From NCBI RefSeq assembly GCF_004010195.1, contig NC_057718.1, forward strand, positions 60,382,137 to 60,446,136: a DNA stretch of 64,000 bases. Direction: 5' to 3'. The DNA comes from Chiloscyllium plagiosum. Its lineage: Eukaryota. Under the pieces are notes generated by a model. It did no database searches, had not been told where the DNA came from, and saw only the letters and a list, made by a program, of their open reading frames with translations. Below, one piece after another: positions 48,029-60,986 of this stretch. Position numbers and translations under genes: made by a program. The first letter of the stretch is position 1. Each line of letters starts with the position of its first letter.

Positions 48029-48235
48029 CATAGTTATCTCCAAAAGTGGAATCCCAAACAGCTATCTCCCCAAGTTCTATCCCCATAGCTATCTCCAGAA
48101 GAGGTATCCCAAACAGCTATCTTCCTGAGAGCGATCTCCTGTCAGCTATTCCCTAGGAGATGTTCCAAACAGAGGTCCCCAGAAGGAGGTTTCCAACAGC
48201 TAATTCCAGTAGCTATTTCCAAGAGCTATCTCCAG
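48029..48235. repeat. Degenerate tandem array of AGCTATCTCC (~9 copies)
   Basis: Copies at about 48032, 48060, 48087, 48115, 48130, 48144, 48198, 48211 and 48224; 41-bp duplication 48029-48069 / 48084-48124. Confidence 0.8.
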
Positions 48236-49244
48236 AAGGGGAGGGGATCTCGACAACAATTCTGAAAACTACCAACATGGGCCTATTCCGTACGAAGGGA
48301 ACCAACCACGACCAGCAAGCCTGAAAACTGATGACTTCCAAAAACCTCCAACCTGACCAAAACCAGAAGGCATCAGACACATGCTGAGGTGAAAACCAGC
48401 CCACAACAATACCAGAAAGTAAGGAAAACCATGTACTCACCTGATAAAATCCAATGCACATCCTACCTCATCAGCCAATTCAACCCAGGCTGAAGGCTTA
48501 CATCATCCAAAGTCTTCATCAAAGCACCAGGTTCAGCAAGTGGGAATGGTCAGCTATACTTCAAATCGTGTGTTTTCCCGAGTAGTAATCTTAAACTCCC
48601 GAAACCCCAAAGTTTCCAAGCTAGCGAGCAGGGAGGGGAAAGTGGGTGGTGACAGTGCAGGGACACCAAGGGTAGGAAGCCTGACAAAAGATTTTGTGAT
48701 TTAAGACTGCTATTTAGCTTCTAATAGTGTTTAACCTGTGCTTAATTTAATAGTGTATTTAGTTGCCGTACTCTGTGTAGCTGTTTGTGGCAAATGCACT
48801 GTTTATTACATTTTCCTTTATTTATTATAATACACTTATCTTTTGTATTTAAATAAACCCAGAGATTCTTCTGCCCTGAAACACTTCTCTATTGCCTTCT
48901 TCTTTTCACATTTCTAAATAAGTCATTTATCTAGAACCAGGGATCAGCAGGTGATTACAACCACCTAAAAATCAACAAATTACTAATCGCAAAGCAGAAC
49001 CCTACAATGGACACATGCACAAGTGGACCACCCAAAGCCAACCACTCAGCTGGTAAAATAGCCATAACGGTGAGGGGTTGTGGGTAGGAGGCACTGCAAC
49101 CATTGTGGACAAAAAACCCATCCATTGCCCGTACCTGCCAATATGTTCCTGGTGATGCATCAATTGCCAGACAGCATGAGGGAAGACGGTTACCAATAAA
49201 TTTGATTGACAATATGACATTGATATGCAAGTCCATGACTGCAG

Positions 49245-49935
49245 ACTGTATTAAAGTATAATTGTGCTGCTGCCGCTGACTGTCCTCAGTGCCTTGTGAT
49301 GCCCAGCCTTTAGTTGCTCGATCTGTTCAAACTCTAGCCCATTTAGCAGGGGACAGTGATACATGGCACACTAGAGGATTATCTTCAATGTGAAGTGGGA
49401 CTTGCCTCCACAATGACTGTCTGGTTGTTGCTTTCATTGATACTGTCATGGACGGATACATCTGCAGCCAGCAAGTTAGCAAGGATGAGATCAGTATCTT
49501 TTGCTGTCTTGTTGGTTACCTCGCCACTAACTGGCAGCTATCTCCTTCAAGACTTGACCGGCTCAGTCAGGAGTGGTGCTGCCGTCATGGGATTGGTGAC
49601 GGACAGTGACATTACCCCAACCAGAGTACTTCCTCAAAGTGGTGTTAAGTATGGAGGAGTGCTGATTTATCAGCTGAAGGAGGATGATACATGGTAATCA
49701 CCAGGATGTTTAATCTGATGCAATGAGACTTGATGGGGTCGAGAATTAATGATAAGGACTCCAGATCAGCTTCCATCCAATTGTACACCTCTCAGCTGCC
49801 AACACTGCTGGGTCTGTTCTGCCGATGGAATAGGACATAACTTGGCGTATTGGTAATGATTCTGTGAGTATGACTGTATTAGGCTGTTGCTTGACTACCT
49901 GTGAGACAGCTCACCCAATTTTGGCAGGAGATCCC
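49245..49935 (-). mobile_element. SacSINE1-partner LINE, APE-domain fragment
   Basis: Reverse complement CCAAAATTGGGTGAGCTGTCTCACAG.TAGTCAAGCAACAGCC..CATACTCACAGAATCA (KLGELSHR..KQQP.....TES), CCTCCTTCAGCTGAT; related to 19500-19800. Confidence 0.7.
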
Positions 49936-49949
49936 AGGTCAATATAAAG

Positions 49950-50730
49950 TTTAAGATGGTGGTGAAGTAGGGCTCCTCACCAGAGCCCATCCGGTGAAAC
50001 CACTTCTCTTTCTTTTCTTTCTTCTTCTTTCTTCTTACTTTCCTCTTTCTTTCTTTTGTTGTTTGGTCTTTGGAGCTGGATTGTGGAAATGGTGACAGCA
50101 GCAGCTGGGGGACTTTGATGGTTAGCCATGAGGTGGCTGGTCATGTTTGGAAGCATTGTGACCAAAGTGGTGCAGAAGTAGGACTCTGCAGCAAGGCAGC
50201 TGACGCAGTAATGAAGCATGGCAGGGCTGTTGCCCAGTGCAGACCTGAATGGCGGCTGTGGCAGTCAGCAGCAAAACATGGTGGCAGTGGTGGTTGGTCG
50301 TAAAGGATGGTGGTAGCAACGGCGAGGCCTGGTGTGCTCGGCAGTGACAGTTGGTGATGAGGGCAGTTGACAAACACAGGCAAGTCTTAGCCCAGCGTGA
50401 GGAGCATGCAGGACAGAGCGAGCTCTCTTGGGGAAAGCCCAGCCTGGAGTGGCTGTAGGCCAGTGGCTTGAGAAAAGACTGTAATGTTTGACTTTTTAAC
50501 TTCATTTCTTTATTTTCCACTTTAATACTAAGAAAACTGTAGGGCTGAACATTTTGGTTATTTCTTTATTTTACCTACTTTTGAAACTAAGATTTTGTAG
50601 CTAGGTATTTTGTATCTAAGATGATTCTGTATTTGGTGATATTGTACACTTTTCACTGTACTTTTCTACCCCATACTTCAGTACACATTACAAAAATATT
50701 TAACTCTAAATCTAAACTTAAATCTAAATC
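49950..50730 (+). mobile_element. Non-autonomous retroelement with AAGATGG 5' end, L2/Rex-like 3' end and (ATCTAA)n tail
   Basis: Starts TTAAGATGGTGG..AGTAGG; CT-rich tract; GGC-rich body; ends TACACTTTTCACTGTAC...TACACATTACAAAA..TCTAAATCTAAA; related to 2340-2886. Confidence 0.55.
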
Positions 50731-52129
50731 AGATGTTGGGAAAGAGGACTTTGCAGGGTCAATAGGACTGAGTTTACCATAATCAATTCTGGGTGTAGGT
50801 CAATGCTAAGTGATGTATTCACTCCTCACTCTCAGTTCCCTTGTGATATGCAAAGCCACCTCTCTGCGATATCATCATTGCACATGGCCTTCTGCTACCT
50901 ACGCTACTTGTTCTTTTTATCGTTCCTTGCAGTATCATCTTTTCTGGACTGTTTCTTCATGGTACATGCCCAAATTATTTCAACTTCCCCCCTGTCCACC
51001 AAGGATTTGTCAACTCACACCTGTTACAAAAAGTACTCCTATGCATATCTATCAGTCCATTTAATGCTGAGTATTCCTGAGAAATTCAGAAGAATTGATT
51101 GTTTTCTTCCTATCTGTGATCTAATGCAAAATAGAATGAAAATTAAAGTTATTGGGGAATTATTTACGTCACTCATTGTGAAGAGTTGGCTATTAAATTT
51201 AAAGACGGGCTATAAGACCAATTTCTCAATTCGAAAATGATCATGGAGAAATGCAGAGAGCAAAATCAAAATGTTTATCTTTGGCTTATTGACTGTGTAA
51301 TCAGCGTTTGATACTGTTAGTATATGGAACCTTGGTCAATTATGATTGAAATAAGGCTTCCAGAGAACGTTGCATGCTTGATCCAATCATGGTACAAAAA
51401 TCAAAAGACTGAGAGAATGGAATAAATGAATGTTTTGATATAGCACAACGCACACTGCAGGGATGCATTCTAGCACCTACAGGTTTTTTTTTTATTTTAA
51501 ACACTGAAAGTGCATGCAAGAGGTAAGAGATGAGCATGCTGAAATAATAAAGTGTGTAGGTTAACCAACTTAATGTATGCAGATAACACAGGTTTAATTG
51601 CTGGAAGTCTGAAAGAACTAGATGAAATTTGTAACTAAATAACCAATTTGGTAAAACTATCATAATTTGAGGTTAATTTCTTTAAAGACCAAAATAATGA
51701 GAGTTTAAAAAGGAAGAGGCATAGAATAGTGCAAAGTGTAAATGTTGACAGTAAGGATGTAGAAGTAGCCACTTACGTGACCTGTTTAGGCAATAAAGGG
51801 AATGATCAATTGAATAATAGTAAGGACATTTCACACAGAAATTGAGTAGCTGATCAAGCAATGACTTCTTAAGTAACATTATAATATTATTGATTTCATC
51901 TTACAAAATGTCACTGAAACCAGGTGGGTCTGTAAAAGGGCAACTAAATTAAATCTTCAGATTATATGGGTGAGTATTCTCATGAGCTTCAGGACTTTGA
52001 CAGTAGGGAACCATTACATGGCATGCGTCTTTTCTAAGCTCAGCCATTTTCATGAACTGCAAACGTTGTCATTCACACAATGTACAACGGTAAACAATTT
52101 CCGGCAGTTGCAGGAGAATGGGCTTGTTT

Positions 52130-52542
52130 CAACTAGAGTTTAGAACAACAACAAAGGATTTGATTGAAGTATATAAGATCCTGAACTGTCTTAACAAATA
52201 GAACTTGGAAATGGTGTTTCCTCTTGTGGGTGAGTTCAGAACAAGGGGACAATGTTTAAAATTGTAATTTGCCCTCAAGGACAGCAATGAGGAAACATTT
52301 CTTCACAGAGGATTGTCTGACTTTGGAACTCAGAAAGCAGTGATAAGGTGGATATCAAATATGTTTAAGAGAGTGATGGATAGATTCATGTTAGACAGGA
52401 GAATCAAGTGTTATCAATGATACATGGATATGTGGAATTTGGAACATAAACTGATAAGTCATGACCTTATTGAATGGTGGAGCAAGTTAAGGGACCTAAA
52501 TGGTCTACTTCTACTGCTATTCATGTATTTCAATGTTCATAT
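52130..52542 (+). mobile_element. Old CR1 3' fragment
   Basis: GATTTGATTGAAGTATATAAGATCCTGA, TGTTTCCTCTTGTGGG, ATGAGGA..ATTTCTTC, CATGACCTTATTGAATGGTGGAGCA. Confidence 0.78.
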
Positions 52543-52559
52543 GGGAACAGCTCTGACTG

Positions 52560-52800
52560 ATTTATTCCTGGCAGTCCTCTGTGTTACATGTGCTTGACTG
52601 ACCATGACAAGTCAAAGGCTGACTGCTAGGTGTCACCCTCAGTACAGCTTATGAGTCCAGCCCAAACACGCATATGTACACATCACGCCTACAGTTTAAA
52701 CCCTATTGCCACAAGGAACAGCAGTCAAGCAGTGATTCAACGAGCTGCATTGCTCTGGAAGAGTTCTGTAATACTGCTCAGAGAAGCTATGCAGATTTGT
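52560..52800 (+). pseudogene. PIF/Harbinger transposase relic E (C-terminal part)
   Basis: IPGS, G*LLG, QLMSP, IATRN, CSGRVL*YCSE (cf. YPGS, GWLLGD, WLMTP, HxATRN, CLDxSGGALQYSPE), followed by an acidic EEEVEEE tract. Confidence 0.55.
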
Positions 52801-53154
52801 TTTGGATGGCAAAGGAAGGTCATGAAATAAAAAGAATTCCTTGCTACCCCTCCAACCCCTCCCCCCTCCCCCCTCCACCCCTCAACAGGGAAGAAGGTCA
52901 GGAGCAGGAGGAGGTGGAGGAGGAGAAAGTTATACAGTGAGTGGATGAATAGGAGAGGGTGACAAATGTAAACAGCCCTTTCTGTCCACCATGGAAATGA
53001 CCTTTTCATCAGTAATACCCAACAACCTGAAAAACAGCTCCTCATTCTGCAATAGCCCTCCCAAAACACTACAAAACCCAGAAAATGTACAATCCAATCC
53101 ACTTACATAAATTCCATTCTGATATAATATACAAAAATTAATGATGGTTCTTTT

Positions 53155-53260
53155 GACATAGTGGTAGTGTTCGGCTTCTAAGCCAGGAGATCTGGGTTCA
53201 AGTCCCAAGTACTTTAGAGTTGTGAGGTCATAACATATAAGAACAGATATCTTAAATATC
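53155..53260 (+). mobile_element. Short tRNA-derived SINE
   Basis: TAGTGGTAGTG (A box), GGGTTCAAGTCCC (B box); related to 31600-31712. Confidence 0.6.
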
Positions 53261-53624
53261 CCTACGAAAATTAACTAATCAACTTTATGCATTCTCAAAG
53301 TAGATGTTTCTCTGTACTCATGGATTCCCGTTAACTGAATGGTGAAAGTCCTCTGATTGTCACGCAAGAAGAATGCAGATAGCCTCCTAGAGTGCATTCT
53401 CACAGCTCTGGGTCTAAAGGATTTAGGTACAATGGCACCATCTCAGTCGGGCTACAGCAGGCTGGGTTCCTGGCTGATGGAGAAGCAACAACAAAGGGGC
53501 TGGTAAGGTCTTTCTGAGAGAGGACAACGGCTCATGTTCCATGAATCCACTGCCTTTCTACTAGGATTGTGCCTCAGCAATCCTAACGATCTGTTAAAAA
53601 ACAGATAGCTGGATTGCTTTGCCG

Positions 53625-54150
53625 ATAAGACTATAAGAACATAAGATGTAGGAGCAGAAGTAGGCCATTCGGCCCATTGAGTCCACTCCACCATTCTGAT
53701 CTTGTAACCCTCAATTCCACTTTCTTGCCTTCTTCTTATAACCCTCAATTTCCGTACTGATTATAAATCTGTCTCCCTTAGCCTTGAATATAGTCAACGA
53801 CCAAACCTCAAAAGCCCTCTGCGGTAAAGAATTCCACAAATTCACTACCATCTGAGAGAAAGAATGTTTCATCATCTTTGTTTTAAATAGATGACTCCTT
53901 GCTCTGAGATGATACCCTCTGGTCCTAGACTCTTCCACAGCAGGAAACAACTCTCTATAGCGATCTGGTAAGGCTCCCTTAAAAACATATGTTTCAATAA
54001 TGGTTTCCTCCCATTCTTTGAAATGTCATTGCATATAAACCCAACCTACTCAACCTCTCCTCAGAGGAAAATCCCTCCATACCTGGAATGAGAGAACCAA
54101 AGCAGTTCACAATATTTCATCTGTGATCTGACTACTCCCTTCTGTAGTTT
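53625..54150 (-). mobile_element. CR1 LINE 3' fragment
   Basis: ORF 53711-53950 MFP.VEESRTRG..L..R...FKT.M..H.FSQ.VVNLWNSLPQRA; (ATAAGA)n tail. Confidence 0.88.
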
Positions 54151-54869
54151 TGTTCGTGACGCCATCAACTGTTTTGAGCAGCATTATTCAGCCTCATAAT
54201 GGTAACAATATAAGCTCCCACTGCAGCACTCAAATCTTTGATGTAAGCTGTTTGTTATGAATTGTTACATTGATCACCACACACTGTATTACAGTGGATT
54301 TCACTGATATATTATTGGAGGTAACTACCTGTTTGAAAGATGGGACACAAGATCTGCAGAAAACCCTGTGCCAGGTTAGCACAGGACCCATCCTTAATAT
54401 GCAACTTAAATTGTGCACAAGCAATCTGGTAGGATTTCTAGTTTAATGTTCCATTAACATTTAGTTATGTACTTCCAGCAGAATTCTTCTGCTATCTCAC
54501 TCATAAAAGCCCAAATTGTCTGCAGTAGAAATGAGTGTGTGTCCTCCCACTTCAGAAATTACATTATCCTAACTATTATTCGACCAACTTGTATAGTTGT
54601 GTCTGGTGTCTCATAAGCAGATGCCTTTTTTCCTTCTGTCATCATTATTATGTGCATGGTCAATCTCTGAGCTGGGGCTGCAAGTATGTCACTTCATTTT
54701 CATTATCTTCTTCATTCTCCTTGGCTGGAAAGACAATAACTAATGGATATTGTGTGATCGTGAATGAAGGAGAAGTGGGGCAACAGAACTCAGGTGCGAT
54801 CTGTATATACGCTCACCATTCTTCCCTCTGATACTGTAATCTCAACAACGTCCCCTCCTGTCATGATGC

Positions 54870-55420
54870 GTAAGTTAACATGTCCAGTTCTTCACTGATG
54901 CTTCCCTATTGTGTCTCACATTTTTATGCAATAACAAGCTAATTGTGTCTGTCAGTGTTGTGCAATGTGTTTGGGTGATATGGCTGTTATAGTTACCGGT
55001 ATGTGTGACCCGGGAGTTATTGGCATAAGGTTTGCGACAGGGTGAGATGGAGCTTGGGAACTTTAGATGGCTGATGAATATAAATTATTGATTGGTAGCT
55101 GTTGGGAGTGTACATGAGTGTACTGAAGTTATGTTTTGAATTGTACAGTGAATGAGGCTAATGATGCAACTGGTAAGCTCTGCTATTTGAAGATGAATTC
55201 ACTCATCCTATATATCAGATTTTTAATCTTCTTGCAATGCATCCACACTCCATGATGTGACACCTCTGCAAGTGATCTCCCCTGCAGCTTCTTCCAAGTA
55301 CCTCTGAAGCATTTCTCTGACATGCTTCCTTCACCCCCAACCCCATTCCACACCCTCCCAGCTGTGGACACAGGACATCTCTCCTTCTCTCCAGATCTTG
55401 TATCAAGATGGCCAATGTTG
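54870..55420 (-). pseudogene. Harbinger Myb/SANT-like gene relic (element E), two exons
   Basis: AILIQDLERRRDVLCP..TWKKL..WMHCKKIKNLIYR (cf. LEVLLxEVERRRDVLFP..W..RTWxQCRKKFNDL.R); second exon VRHNRE...RTG (cf. AHNRRERxxTGGG). Confidence 0.65.
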
Positions 55421-56664
55421 TATTGCAAAAATCCCTGGAGATTGTTCCCTTGTATGTTCAGCCATTTCCAAAAATAAAGCAGGCTGATTAACTTTTTAAA
55501 AACCTCCCATCATAGTTTTCAGTCACTATTATATGAAGATAATGGATATTTTCTGGGATTTTATTTGAATATTTCTAATATACATTCATTTAAACTGTGA
55601 CTTGTTTGAGATGGGATGTCATAGAGTCATAGAGTTATAGAGATGTATCAGGTCTCTTTCTGATAGTTTCATTCAATGGACAGCTTCAGCATTGACTGAA
55701 ATATACAAGAAACATAAAGGTAACATGCTCTCTGCAACATAATGTGTGGCTGTGGGTTAATTTTTGGTTATAATTATAATTACTAATAATTAACTGAAGC
55801 TCCATTCCTATTTATGGGGGATAGTCAATTTTCAACCTCAAGATGTTTCATATTCTAAGTAGGTCCATGCATTACATTACAATTTGTTTACGGCAAGGTG
55901 ATATATTTTGAAAAATTAAAGTTTTTTTTTCAAAAAGGGGTTAGGCTGCAGCAAATGGAGTGTTATCATAGCTTTAGTATTAATAGTAAAAATTAAAAAT
56001 TGCTCTGTTCATTAATTGCCCAAAGTGATGCTGTTTGATTCAGTTTCAATCTCTGAAGTGTATTTGCCTTCATAAATTCTAAGACATATCTTGCTGTAGC
56101 AGTACAATTTGACAATACAAAGCACACAGTTGTAACTTCCAGCAATCAACTTTATGGTTCTGTTGCCCAAACAATTTGTTGTTAGATTTAAGTGACCTGT
56201 TTATTTGTAAGGAATAAAGGTACTGTCTTATTTATAGCCCCTCGCAGATTTTCAGTTAACTGCAAGCACTAGCTGTCCTCCTGGTTGTAATTCTGCCCAA
56301 TTAAAATGTCATTGCCTTGCTCATCTTATTATCTCTTATGATAGAAAATTAATTGACTTAATCTAAAGGTTTACACTGGCAGTATGTCACAGCTAAAGTT
56401 TACACAGTGACTGAGTATGCCTCAGGATGTTTGCTCTTTATAAATATTCTAGTCAAGATTCTAATGAAAAATCTCAAAATATCTGAGAAGATTTTATACA
56501 TATTTGAACATAAGCATATTAAATTCCTTGTGGACAGTTTTTATCAACTATTTAGGAAATATTTCTGAGCCAGTAGTTTAGACTTCGCAGGTAGAAATCA
56601 AATGTGAAAACTCCGATTTTAGCCTAACATTCCAATTGGGAAGATGGTGTGCTTAGGTCCAATT

Positions 56665-56740
56665 CCCAATTAACACCCTGTCCATTTTCATGCTCTATTG
56701 AAGTCAATGAAGCATAAAATTCAGCAGGGTGTAAATTGAG
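56665..56740. repeat. Imperfect palindrome centred on ATTGAAGTCAAT (core of an old MITE)
   Basis: CCCAATTAACACCCTG..ATTTTCATGCT.TATTGA / TCAATGAAGCATAAAATT..CAGGGTGTAAATTGAG. Confidence 0.7.
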
Positions 56741-58514
56741 AGTCTGTCTCAGACCTGTTCTTCTCATTAGGTAGCTTGGTTAGTTGGGGCGGTTTGAATA
56801 TCATCTTTTGTAGCTGAGGAGCACTTTTTTAGAATGGTTGTTTGTAGCATTTTCCTCCAGATAGCTGAACTTACTCTAAACTGCTTAAGATAAGGTCGGA
56901 TTTTCTGTTCCCCACATGCACACGTGACATTTCAGAAACAGCTCATGCTTTCCCTATCAGCAGATCTTTGTACCATGGAGGAGCAGCACAGGATGCAAGG
57001 AAAGGAGACTTGGACAGCATTTTCCAAGTATGCAGTCCACCACATATTACCATCTCTGTAGAGCATTTGGGAGAAAATGAACAAAATAAAACATAACTGG
57101 AAAAAAAACTTAAGAGAACCTGGCTGACCAGTTATAGAGTGTTTTTCCTGTTGCTTGAGATTATTAAGCAAAGGTTCAGTTGGGTGGCAGAATTAAGGTA
57201 CAACATAATTAAAATGTATCTCAGTCACTGCGCATGGATGCAAAGTTCCAACTTAGCTTTGGCATTAGCAAATCAAGTTCATGATGAGTACTATTTTTGT
57301 CATTGCAGTATACATCAGAAATAATTATGATTCAAGGAATCTGATGAAGAAAGTTGTCCCATTTTATGTGTAAGCTGATGCAGATACACATTGTCTCAAA
57401 GCTAGCATTTCATTGCTCCTTAAAAATGACGATTGTGATTTTATGCTAGTTTCTGTAAATAAATATCACAAGTTTTCACTAGTTCTTAATTGATTGTAAC
57501 ATGAAATACAAAAATCTCATCAAAGGACCATTATTAGTTTTGCATCAGAAGCAATAATAAAATGCTGATGAACATTTAAGTGTTTGATTATTTTCATTTG
57601 CTGCAAAATCGCTTCTCTAGCATAATTGTACCTTTTACAATGAATTGATTTAATAATTTTTAGCTGATCTCTATTCCATCTGTATAGCGTTTACCACAAA
57701 TTCAGGCAAATTTAGAGGATGTATTGTGTCAGCTTCTCCATTGCTGTGTCACCACCAATGGCTAAGGGGTATGCTGCTTGCGAGACAGCTCTTCATCCAA
57801 GATATTGTATAAATATCAAATTTGAACTGAGGGAATGTGTGTGCATCAATGTAAGTAATGTTCCTGGAGGACATGAACAAAGACTTTTGAGAAGTAGCCA
57901 GAACTATGACCAATGGCATTGAACAATTGGATTGACAATGTCATTTATATTGTTATATCAACTTTATTAGGAGTTGTTTATAACGTGGAAAGACCATAAT
58001 TTTATTTTAGTGTTATTTAAAATTGTGCTATAAAACCAGCTTTTAAAAGATTGCTGCATGTTTTGAAAACCAAGTAGCCTGACACATAAACAGGTCTTTG
58101 AATATATATTCATTGAAGTGGTTGCTGATGGAATAAAGCCAAGGTTTTCTGTGTACAGATGGGGCTGGGTCGCAACAAGAAATTGATTGGTCCATATACT
58201 AATGACCAGTTATTGATTTTTGCCTGCCAACAATTATGAGGTTAGTTCTCAGTTATCAGGACTGCTTGGGAATGGGAGAAAGAGTGGGAGAGGTATTTTA
58301 ATCACTATCGGCTTGGGAGTTCTCTACATTCACTTCAGTCAAAACCCATTGTAAACCTGAAAGAAGCCAATTCAGCTTTCCTTCAACAGTTTTTGTAAGC
58401 AATGACTTTTAACTGATCAGTCAAAGATCTTTTCTTTGTGAACCAGCCACAACGTATTTCTTGCAAAACATTAGAAGCATCTGAAGAGAGAAGACTGACA
58501 AGCAGCATTTTGAA

Positions 58515-58820
58515 ATATAGCATCCCTGCAGTATGGAAGCAGGCCATTCAAACCATTTAGTCCACACAAACCCTCCAAAGTGCATTCCGCCCCAATCCCT
58601 ATATTTCCCATGATTAATCCACCTAGCCTGTACACTACAGGCAATTTAGCAAAATCAGTCCACTTAAACTGCACATCTTTGGACTGTGGAAGGAAACCCA
58701 TATAGGTTCAAAAGGAATGTGCAAGCTCTACACATATAGTTGCCCAAGGACGGAATGAAACCCAGGAGCCTAGCACTGTGAGGCAGCAGTGCTCACCACT
58801 GAGCAACATGTCACCCAAGC
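58515..58820 (-). mobile_element. HE1-type SINE, old
   Basis: CCCTGCAGTATGGAAGCAGGCCATTC, GGCAATTTAGCA, TGCACATCTTTGGACTGTGG.AGGAAACC, CACTGTGAGGCAGCAGTGCT. Confidence 0.85.
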
Positions 58821-60334
58821 CACCATAATCATAGTGAGGTATCTCAGCAACCCAGGCACAAGAACCACTGAACTTCCTCCCAGCTTCCTCTGCCCATACC
58901 TATACTCACCTGCATTTTGTCTGAGTGTGTGCAACAGAGAATTTTATACGGAAATTACAGTTTTAGTTTGTTGCGTTATGTGTCAATAGTTTATAACTGT
59001 TACTTGTAGCCAGAGTCTAATTATTTGCAATCAAAATAATTCTTATTATGTATAGAAACCTGGTCTACACTTCCTGTCAAAATTGATCTGAAAATCTGTC
59101 AAATTGAGAAATTTTGGGCACATATTTCTAAAATTTTAAGTTTTTGTGACAACTTATGCAGTCGTGAGGCTTGATTTCCTGTGTGTTACCCCAATGGACC
59201 ATGAAAACAGAAGAAAATTTGAGTAAGCACTTTGAAGATTTCTTGTGCAAGTTTCAAGTTCTAATTCATTAGTTCCTTTTTGTTCATATAGTTAGCAAGT
59301 TGGTGCATTGCCAGAATTAGTGCTTCTGGTTTAAAATTGGGCTATCCAATATCTATATCAAAAGCATTTGTAGAATATTAAATTGTCTACTATCATAATG
59401 AAGTTAGTAAAATTCCTTTGTTTGGTTGTAAAAACAATATTGTCAGAACCAATCTTGTTCTGTGCCAGATTGTTTTCTCAGAAGTGTATAGTTGGAAGCT
59501 GACGACTTCTAGATGTGCAGAGTTCCCACCTGAACCAAGTGTTATGAGCTTTGCAATTGCAAATCATTGTACTGATGATAGAACAGCAGTCAGACTTGGC
59601 ATGTTCCCACAATTCTCCTGGGCCTTTTGCACTTAACTAGTAATCTTCAGAGCAACAATGAGATGCTGTGCAATAAAAGGGAAGAAAGCTTTTGATTAGG
59701 TTAGTTTCTGGCAAACCTGGAGAATAGAAGTGCACTTCCTGGCTCTCCAACTTGCTGTGGCCTTTCTCATGTCCTGAGGCCACCCCTCAGACACATTCTC
59801 CCCTCACAGGATCCACCTACAAGCTGCTCAGCATTGAAGATGTTGGAATTGATCAAGTACTGACTGGTGGCTCCATAGCTCCAATGCATAATTTCAAACT
59901 AACCTTAGTTCAGCATCTTCAGCCACATGTGTTGATCATGCCTTATATTTCGTGTCTAAAACTGACATGATTTGAATTTATCCCCTCCATGTCCTTAAAC
60001 CATTCTACAGAAAACGTTTCTTCAAATTTAACGTTTACTTTTTCTTTTGCTGATTTCAAATGCGTAATGTCTAGAACTGAATTGTGAACACAATTTTTCT
60101 GTGCTAAAATAACCTCAATCCATCATGGGTTTTAACATCTATAACAGATATCTCCTTAATCTTCTCTACTCTTTTCATTAACACCATCTTATTGAATCTC
60201 TCCATCTTCTTTGCTCCTTTCCTTGAGTCCATATCCACGGCCTTAATATTCTTCTAAACATATGCACTTAAAGCTGGACAGCTTCTTTAATTATGTAAAT
60301 AATGATTTGCATGGGAGTAACAGTCTAGGGAAAC

Positions 60335-60470
60335 AAAAGACTGGCATTTGTGTAGGACCTTTAAGATCTCAAATCATCTCAAGGTCATTGGAGTACTTTT
60401 GAAGAATAGTCACTAACATACTATAACAAATGCATTAAAAAATCTGCACAGAACAAGAGCACTCATAAAT
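60335..60470 (-). mobile_element. Old DeuSINE/AmnSINE-like SINE 3' part (L2-type tail)
   Basis: GCATTTG.TAG.ACCTTT..ATCTCAA, AGTACTTTTGAAG..TAGTCACT, AATCTGCACA. Confidence 0.45.
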
Positions 60471-60986
60471 ATATGATAATTGTTTTACTGTGTATTTACC
60501 TGCTCATATCAGATCAGGAAAGACATCAAGGTAAGTAATAAATATTAAGATATTATATGTGATTGTGCAGCAAAGCTCTTGTTTCAAGTTTCTACAAGTC
60601 TGTCTCACATGATGAGTGAGCTCACAGTCTCAGCATATGTCAGAAACCCATTTGCATATTCATTAAAACCTATCGCTACAATCCCACCAAATACATCCTT
60701 AGTTTCCAACGTTGTTAACTTTAAGTATTTACCACTATCAATTCACTGAAAACATTTACTGAAGATATTCACATTTAACTGGAAGTATTTTCGACTCCCA
60801 TTGTTTCACCCCGAAGTCTGTTATTTACAGAGTCAGTCACTATGGGGACATCACAATTCTTCCTGATTTTGTCATTCTAAATGTTACAGGAGGGTGATGA
60901 TTTGTAGACTAACTTTGAAATGCTCTCAATAGCTGAAGTGAGAAGAGCAAGATTAGCAAGCTCATTCCAAACAATATGGTATTTAA

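Noticed and set aside
48029..48235. CRISPR-like repeat-spacer array
   Set aside because: The repeat is only ~10 bp and degenerate, the spacers are short, irregular and partly duplicated, there are no cas genes, and the DNA is vertebrate.
48955..49236. LAIDAS motif suggesting RNase H or transposase
   Set aside because: Isolated short motif with no collinear supporting motifs.
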